Positions 58,922-64,000 of a DNA stretch of 64,000 nt are shown in pieces (position 1 is the first letter of the stretch; every line of letters starts with the position of its first letter). Position numbers and translations under genes: made by a program. A model generated the notes under the pieces. That model saw only the letters and a list, made by a program, of their open reading frames with translations, made no database searches and was not told the origin of the DNA. Location of the stretch: positions 124,001 to 188,000 of IMG/VR virus record IMGVR_UViG_3300042895_001344, one strand, 5' to 3'.

Positions 58922-59113
58922 ATGATTATTATAGACTTATCTAAAGAAAAAAGTATTGAGACAGCGTTAAGAACTTATAAACAAAAAGTTCAAAAAACAA
59001 AGCAAGTTCAAAAATTGAGGGAAAGACAACAGTTCGTAAAACCTTCCGTTAAAAAAAGAACTGAAAAATTAAAAGCAGTTTATTTACAACAAAAAAGAAA
59101 TGGACTTAGTTAA
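58922..59113 (+). CDS. rpsU: Ribosomal protein bS21
   Basis: SIETALRTYKQKV...LRERQQFVKPSVKKR...KAVY matches bS21 (ALKRYKRK...FxKPS), Bacteroidota type. Confidence 0.92.
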   Translation: MIIIDLSKEKSIETALRTYKQKVQKTKQVQKLRERQQFVKPSVKKRTEKLKAVYLQQKRNGLS

Positions 59114-59843
59114 GTCCATTTTTTAATTCGTTTAATCTGTAGTAATTGTATCTCGACGGAAACATTTGATTTACTTCATCTTTAACAGCATTTAATTTAT
59201 TTATTAAATCCGTTTCATTTGATTCACTTAAAAGTGTTGATACTTGACTTACAATTGATTCTTTTAATTCAGTTGTTTTGGTGATGATCTCATCATAAGG
59301 AATAGATAAGATATTTTTTAATTCTTCTTTTTGTGATTCTGATAATGTATTAGAATAAAGAGCGTTAAAATTGTTTGTTAACACCGCATTTAATAAATTT
59401 TCATTTGGTATCAAGGTTGAATCTTTAGATTCTTTAATTTCTTTTTTGGTTGTTAAATGATTTACTAAATTCTTTTTTGCATTAACCTTCTTTTCAATAT
59501 TTGATAGACTATCTTTTTCAATTAAGATATCTAATGAATTGTATATTTCATTTTCATTAATTGCCTCTACGTTTATCATTTTATTTAATGATGTACAAAA
59601 TGTAGTTAAATCATCCATTTGTTGTTTTAAGATACTAATAACTCCCTCGACGTATAACTTTGCGGTTTCTTTATCGTCAATATATTTGTTTTCAATTTCT
59701 TCATAAAACAAATACATTTCTTTAAAATTTTTATTTTCTTTAATTGTTGTTAAAATATTTTTAATCTCACCTTTATTTTCATTGGTGTAAGATTCAGTTA
59801 ACTTGTTTAATAATTTGGTTTTAATGACCCCGAATTTGTTCAT
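59106..59843 (-). CDS. Helical prohead-core-type protein
   Basis: Directly after portal; helical, with LTE/LSE/LKE/LNE sites. Confidence 0.55.
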   Translation of the reverse strand: MNKFGVIKTKLLNKLTESYTNENKGEIKNILTTIKENKNFKEMYLFYEEIENKYIDDKETAKLYVEGVISILKQQMDDLTTFCTSLNKMINVEAINENEIYNSLDILIEKDSLSNIEKKVNAKKNLVNHLTTKKEIKESKDSTLIPNENLLNAVLTNNFNALYSNTLSESQKEELKNILSIPYDEIITKTTELKESIVSQVSTLLSESNETDLINKLNAVKDEVNQMFPSRYNYYRLNELKNGLN

Positions 59844-59845
59844 GT

Positions 59846-61687
59846 TTAATCGTTTAAGATATCATTTATTTTTGTCTCTATTTCATAAATATTCTGTTGA
59901 GCTTTTTCCATATCAAACAGAATATTAAAATCTTCTTTTTCTTCACCTAACATACCAAGTATTTTAGATTTTTTTGATTTTTTAGCTAATGTAGATTCAC
60001 TCAAAGGTTCCTCTCCTCCACCCGCTGGTGGCGGTGGTGCTCCACCTCCCATATCCATTCCTCCACCTCCCATATCCATTCCTCCACCCGCTTCTGCTCC
60101 TGCGGCTTCCATTGCCTTTTCTCTATCCTCTTCAGGAATACCATACTTAGCATCTACCTCATCAAATACACCTGAACGTTTAATAACATTCTGAGTATTC
60201 GTTAATTCAAATCCTAATGCACGTTCTAAACGTTGTTGTTGTAAGTCTAACATAACTTCACTATCACTAAATCCAAGGATATTTTTCTTAGCCCATGTAT
60301 GTGATACTGGTAAGATACCCACTTGAGATTGATCCGATGTTGCGTCTTTATAAAGTGTTACTTTTTCTTTCCATTGTTCAATACGTAATAAATCAGATTG
60401 TGCTGATGGGTTAGTTAATGATAATGAGAAATTATTTAATTCATCCTCCATACCTAAAAGGTATAATTGAATTAATGCAATTTTATTTAATTCTTGAATA
60501 ACAGATTTTTGAATTCTATTAATAGTTCTAGCAAAACGAATATCCATTAAAGCTAAACTCTTACCTTCACCGACAACTTCTTCAAATCCTAAGAACGCTT
60601 TAGGTATACGTAATGCGGCTAACATCTTCTTTTGAATGTATTCAATATCAGCAATCTCTCCTAAGTTTTGTGCTCCTGGTAATGTTTCAATTGGATTAGA
60701 TTGTGATGGATCACGAACAGGAATAAAATAATCCTGATCAACAGCCATTTGATTATATCTCATATCGACTTGACCGTTACGTGGATCTGAAATCTGATCT
60801 CTTTTAAATTTGTTTGCAACACGTTGTACGTAAGATTCAATATCCTTATCATCCATATTACCAACGAATACTTTGAATACACGTCTTTCAGGTGCTCTTG
60901 ATGTTCTATAGATTAACATGGCATCTTCAGCAAGTAAAAGTTGTTTCCAAATACGTCTAATTTTATCTAACATAGAAGTACCGTAAGGTAACTTTCTATC
61001 ATCACCTAATAATCTAAAGTGAGCAATTTCCCATGCTTGAAATTCCAAATCTTTGTTCTTCCATTGAAAACGTAATTCTCTTGATGGAACTTTTAAATCT
61101 CTATTTTGTGTTGTGGTCTTACCCGCGGCACCTTCAATTCTTTCAATTTCAATATTTGGTAATTGTTGACATCCGATGATACCTTTTTCGGGATCTAACT
61201 TTAAATAAACAAAGTTGTCACCATACTTACAAACACCTCTAGTCCACATTTGTAAGTTAGTATTAACGTCTAATCTGTTATTAAATAAATCTTCTAATAT
61301 TTCTTTAATTCTATCTGATTCAGAATAGATCGTTAAAATTTGACCCTTTTCAGACATTGTAGTGGATTCTTCCGCATATATGTCTAACGCTGCAGATATT
61401 TCAGGAGTAAACTCCATCGCCTCATAATCGTAATAAGCTGCTAATCTATTTGGTTCATAATAAACCGATTGGTTATAGAGAGATTGGTCTAATTTAGTCC
61501 ATTTATCAGCGATGTATTGACTCTGTTGAGCCTGTAACATTGCCTTATCATAATCTTCTTTGTTATCTGTTTTTAATAATTCATCTTTACTGAAATTAAA
61601 TGAAGGTGCCTGTGTTACCTGAGGTTTCCCTGGGTACCCAAACATCTTTGTTAATTTCTGAAATACAGTTAAATTTTGATTTGCCAT
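59846..61687 (-). CDS. gp20: Portal protein (T4 gp20-like)
   Basis: PEISAALDIYAEE, IAHFRL, PYGTSML, LLLAEDAMLIYRTSRAPERRVF, DYFIPVR, IETLPGAQNLGEIADIEY. Confidence 0.97.
   Translation of the reverse strand: MANQNLTVFQKLTKMFGYPGKPQVTQAPSFNFSKDELLKTDNKEDYDKAMLQAQQSQYIADKWTKLDQSLYNQSVYYEPNRLAAYYDYEAMEFTPEISAALDIYAEESTTMSEKGQILTIYSESDRIKEILEDLFNNRLDVNTNLQMWTRGVCKYGDNFVYLKLDPEKGIIGCQQLPNIEIERIEGAAGKTTTQNRDLKVPSRELRFQWKNKDLEFQAWEIAHFRLLGDDRKLPYGTSMLDKIRRIWKQLLLAEDAMLIYRTSRAPERRVFKVFVGNMDDKDIESYVQRVANKFKRDQISDPRNGQVDMRYNQMAVDQDYFIPVRDPSQSNPIETLPGAQNLGEIADIEYIQKKMLAALRIPKAFLGFEEVVGEGKSLALMDIRFARTINRIQKSVIQELNKIALIQLYLLGMEDELNNFSLSLTNPSAQSDLLRIEQWKEKVTLYKDATSDQSQVGILPVSHTWAKKNILGFSDSEVMLDLQQQRLERALGFELTNTQNVIKRSGVFDEVDAKYGIPEEDREKAMEAAGAEAGGGMDMGGGGMDMGGGAPPPPAGGGEEPLSESTLAKKSKKSKILGMLGEEKEDFNILFDMEKAQQNIYEIETKINDILND
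60040..60088. repeat. 21-bp tandem repeat in portal C-terminal tail
   Basis: CTCCACCTCCCATATCCATTC twice plus a partial copy; encodes GMDMGGG. Confidence 0.85.
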
Positions 61688-61691
61688 TCTA

Positions 61692-61699
61692 TATAAATA
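61692..61699 (-). promoter_or_regulatory. Late motif TATTTATA
   Basis: 4 nt before portal ATG. Confidence 0.75.
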
Positions 61700-61741
61700 C
61701 TTTTCTTTATAATATAAACTAAAATAATGATAAACTAAACA

Positions 61742-63520
61742 TTATCTACGTTTACCAAATAACCAAGAATTCTCTTGATATGTTTGTTTACTGACATTCA
61801 TATTATTATCTCGATAATATAAATTATTATTATCCGTTCCCATTGAACCTATTTGATCAAATGCGGTACCATATGAATAGAATGATTTACTTGTCTCATA
61901 TGATCTTTCACTCATAGTCCAAGAATCTAACATTGCTTTGTTCGCATTTTCGTTCTTTTGTAATAAATTAAATGATACATCCGCAGCATATAAAGCCATT
62001 GACATACCCATAATAGCATCATCATGTGTTCCTTTCATATGATCAGGTCTACCGTTCATATAAACAAACGTGTTAAGTTCGTTTAATAATCTTGCAGATC
62101 TAACAATAAATCCTTTTCTAAGTTGTTCCTCAAATGCTGCAACAATTTGAGTTCTTTTGTTGTTAAAGTTAAGACCTGGTATTTTCTCCATCGCCTTAGC
62201 GTTATAGTCCCAAATGTTTTGAGTATTAACACCCTCAACGTATACGTTTTTGTAATTTAACTCAGTTAATTTTCTTGATGTTGCAACTCCCATTCCACCT
62301 GTAATATCCGTTACAATAAACGCATTACCATATAGGATAGCCCATTTGTATGCAACTGCCGCTAAGTCATCGGGAGGTATTTTACCAATATATTCTGCAA
62401 CCTGTTCCCTATCATCAAAATCTATAATTGATATAGCCGAAAAATCCTCACTATCTCCTCTACTAACATCCACACCCATAATATAACGATGACCAATTAT
62501 TGGTTCTTTCCATTGCCAAAACGTAGCCTGCATGTATTTTTCAATAGGTTCTCTAATCATGTTTTTAGCAATATTCTCTTGAATATCACCAGGGATAACA
62601 CCATCTCCCGAACCTAAGAAATCACATTCCAACTCCTGAGCAATTTTACGTCTATCGTATTTAAATTTCTTAGACATTGACTCAAACCACGAAGAAAATG
62701 GTTTATAACCATCCTCTAAAAGTTTGTTATATTCTTTCATATCAAAATCATGTAAAACAACTTCATCGTCATTATATTGTTCTCTATTCAACATGTAATG
62801 ACAGATGTCCTGACATTTAACCCAATGTAAATCTTTGGTGTAACGAGGGTCTTTAAACCACCTTAAATCTGTTATATGGAAATCATTGATTCCACGTAAT
62901 GCTTGGTCGTAAACACCGTAATAGATAGGGTCATAACCATTTGGAGTGGAGATAAGAATAATCTTACCACCCGTTGATAGGGACGCCATAGATGCTGCCC
63001 AAAAATCATCACCTGCTTCAATATATGCTGCCTCATCAAATACAAGTATGGTAGGTGTATAACCACGAAGGGCATCCGCTGAAGTTGCAACCGCCTTAAC
63101 CTCACAACCATTATTTAATCTAAATCTACTCTCTGAGTTTTTATCAGGTGAGAACCCAACATTTAACCATTCAGGCCATTGTTCCAAGAAGTGTCTAACC
63201 TTATTAGCCATCTCCACCGCAGTATCACGTTTGTTTGCAATAAGTAGAACTCTCTCAGGATTATCGGGTTTTGCTAATTGTAATTTTTTTGATAACCATG
63301 CGGCCGTTACTGTTGTTACACCCGCCTGTCTATATTTTCTTGTAATGTTTTCGTTGTAATCTTCGTAGTCCTTTATTAGTTGAATTTGATCTTCAAACAG
63401 GTCCATTGGGACATACTTCTTCTGTGTATTATCGAATGTTTGTAAATACGTTCTAAGTGCATACGGAGTATCTTTTATAATCTTTGCATACTCAATTAAT
63501 TGTTCCGTTCTGGTATTCAT
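61742..63520 (-). CDS. terL: Terminase large subunit
   Basis: RQAGVTT (Walker A variant), LVFDEAA (Walker B), ISTPNG, MGVDVSRG, HDD. Confidence 0.95.
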   Translation of the reverse strand: MNTRTEQLIEYAKIIKDTPYALRTYLQTFDNTQKKYVPMDLFEDQIQLIKDYEDYNENITRKYRQAGVTTVTAAWLSKKLQLAKPDNPERVLLIANKRDTAVEMANKVRHFLEQWPEWLNVGFSPDKNSESRFRLNNGCEVKAVATSADALRGYTPTILVFDEAAYIEAGDDFWAASMASLSTGGKIILISTPNGYDPIYYGVYDQALRGINDFHITDLRWFKDPRYTKDLHWVKCQDICHYMLNREQYNDDEVVLHDFDMKEYNKLLEDGYKPFSSWFESMSKKFKYDRRKIAQELECDFLGSGDGVIPGDIQENIAKNMIREPIEKYMQATFWQWKEPIIGHRYIMGVDVSRGDSEDFSAISIIDFDDREQVAEYIGKIPPDDLAAVAYKWAILYGNAFIVTDITGGMGVATSRKLTELNYKNVYVEGVNTQNIWDYNAKAMEKIPGLNFNNKRTQIVAAFEEQLRKGFIVRSARLLNELNTFVYMNGRPDHMKGTHDDAIMGMSMALYAADVSFNLLQKNENANKAMLDSWTMSERSYETSKSFYSYGTAFDQIGSMGTDNNNLYYRDNNMNVSKQTYQENSWLFGKRR

Positions 63521-63525
63521 ATATG

Positions 63526-63533
63526 TATAAATA
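63526..63533 (-). promoter_or_regulatory. Late motif TATTTATA
   Basis: 5 nt before terL ATG, just after a terminator. Confidence 0.75.
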
Positions 63534-63534
63534 C

Positions 63535-63564
63535 AAAAAAAGGTGGTTATTGTAAACCACCTTT
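63535..63564 (-). terminator. Intrinsic terminator upstream of terL
   Basis: Stem aaaggtggtt / aaccaccttt followed by a T-tract on the minus strand, then the late motif. Confidence 0.8.
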
Positions 63565-63567
63565 GTA

Positions 63568-64000
63568 TTATTTCGTAGGTCTGTCTAACCCTAACTCGTC
63601 AAATAGACTGTCATCATCATCTTCTTCATCATTACCACCACTTGGTAAATCAACACCTAAATTATTTAAAAAACCCTTTAATTCATCGTTATCAGTTTCA
63701 TCACTTATACCTGTTAAGTCCTCGTCAAATTCCGCCATCGTTTGTTCGTAATCGTAATTGTTGATGTCCTCTTCAATTGCACGAACCAATGTTTCCATTA
63801 AACGATTTCCATTCTCAGAATTAGAAACTATTTCTTTCATGAATACTAAGAATTCCTTTGCTGGTTTTTTGAATATATGTTGGAATACCATTAATTGAAT
63901 AATTCCTTTATCTTCATCTGTCAATACATCTTCAGGGAATTTAGATCTAATTCTATCCCAAATTGCAGGTCCTAAACGTAAATCCCACATTTCTTTTTCC
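63568..64000 (-). CDS. C-terminal part of a hypothetical protein (5' end outside the window)
   Basis: Frame stays open to the window edge; acidic C-terminus. Confidence 0.7.
   Translation of the reverse strand, partial: EKEMWDLRLGPAIWDRIRSKFPEDVLTDEDKGIIQLMVFQHIFKKPAKEFLVFMKEIVSNSENGNRLMETLVRAIEEDINNYDYEQTMAEFDEDLTGISDETDNDELKGFLNNLGVDLPSGGNDEEDDDDSLFDELGLDRPTK

Noticed and set aside
23058-63520. Inteins or introns in polB, helicase, terL, portal or MCP
   Set aside because: Normal lengths, contiguous motifs, no splice-junction or homing-endonuclease signatures seen
4182-63751. Antisense or nested track ORFs (for example 4182, 4566, 7789, 11446, 14987, 24967, 30257, 52284, 56996, 63500)
   Set aside because: They shadow well-supported genes on the other strand or frame, lack promoter motifs, and read as reverse-complement low complexity
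1-64000. Stop-codon reassignment
   Set aside because: Long conserved genes are intact in the standard code, and TAA, TAG and TGA all end genes
1-64000. tRNA or rRNA genes
   Set aside because: Intergenic gaps are short and AT-rich, and no cloverleaf or T-loop motif was seen

Overview
This window is a 64-kb, AT-rich piece of a large T4-like (contractile-tail) phage genome, almost certainly infecting Bacteroidota. Host evidence: TAnnTTTG host promoters, no Shine-Dalgarno sequences, a Bacteroidota-type bS21 and a DUF4494-like gene. It holds the virion morphogenesis region: terminase, portal, prohead protease, scaffold, major capsid, neck, sheath, tube, tape measure, baseplate and a variable tail-fibre island. 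Interleaved are family-B DNA polymerase, a SNF2 helicase, dUTPase, PhoH, three glycosyltransferases, a 2OG-Fe(II) oxygenase, a gp55-like late sigma factor and ribosomal protein bS21. I found no tRNA, CRISPR array, intron, intein or recoded stop codon. Main signals beyond annotation: (1) short shared helical tags and (I/L/V)-x-E sites on several late proteins, including a flavoprotein, a pterin dehydratase and a WYL protein, suggesting a head-cargo or polyprotein system; (2) a 15/16 parS-like palindrome beside a repeat-rich, promoter-led AT-rich element between sheath and tube; (3) a sense-strand TATTTAT(A/T) motif, the reverse complement of the T4 late promoter, in front of about 23 genes; (4) a candidate +1/-2 frameshift (GAG TTT TTT CGC) joining the tail chaperone to an ORF missed by the track; (5) an SD-less phage bS21 that keeps Tyr54. 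All functional calls come from motif recognition, not database searches.
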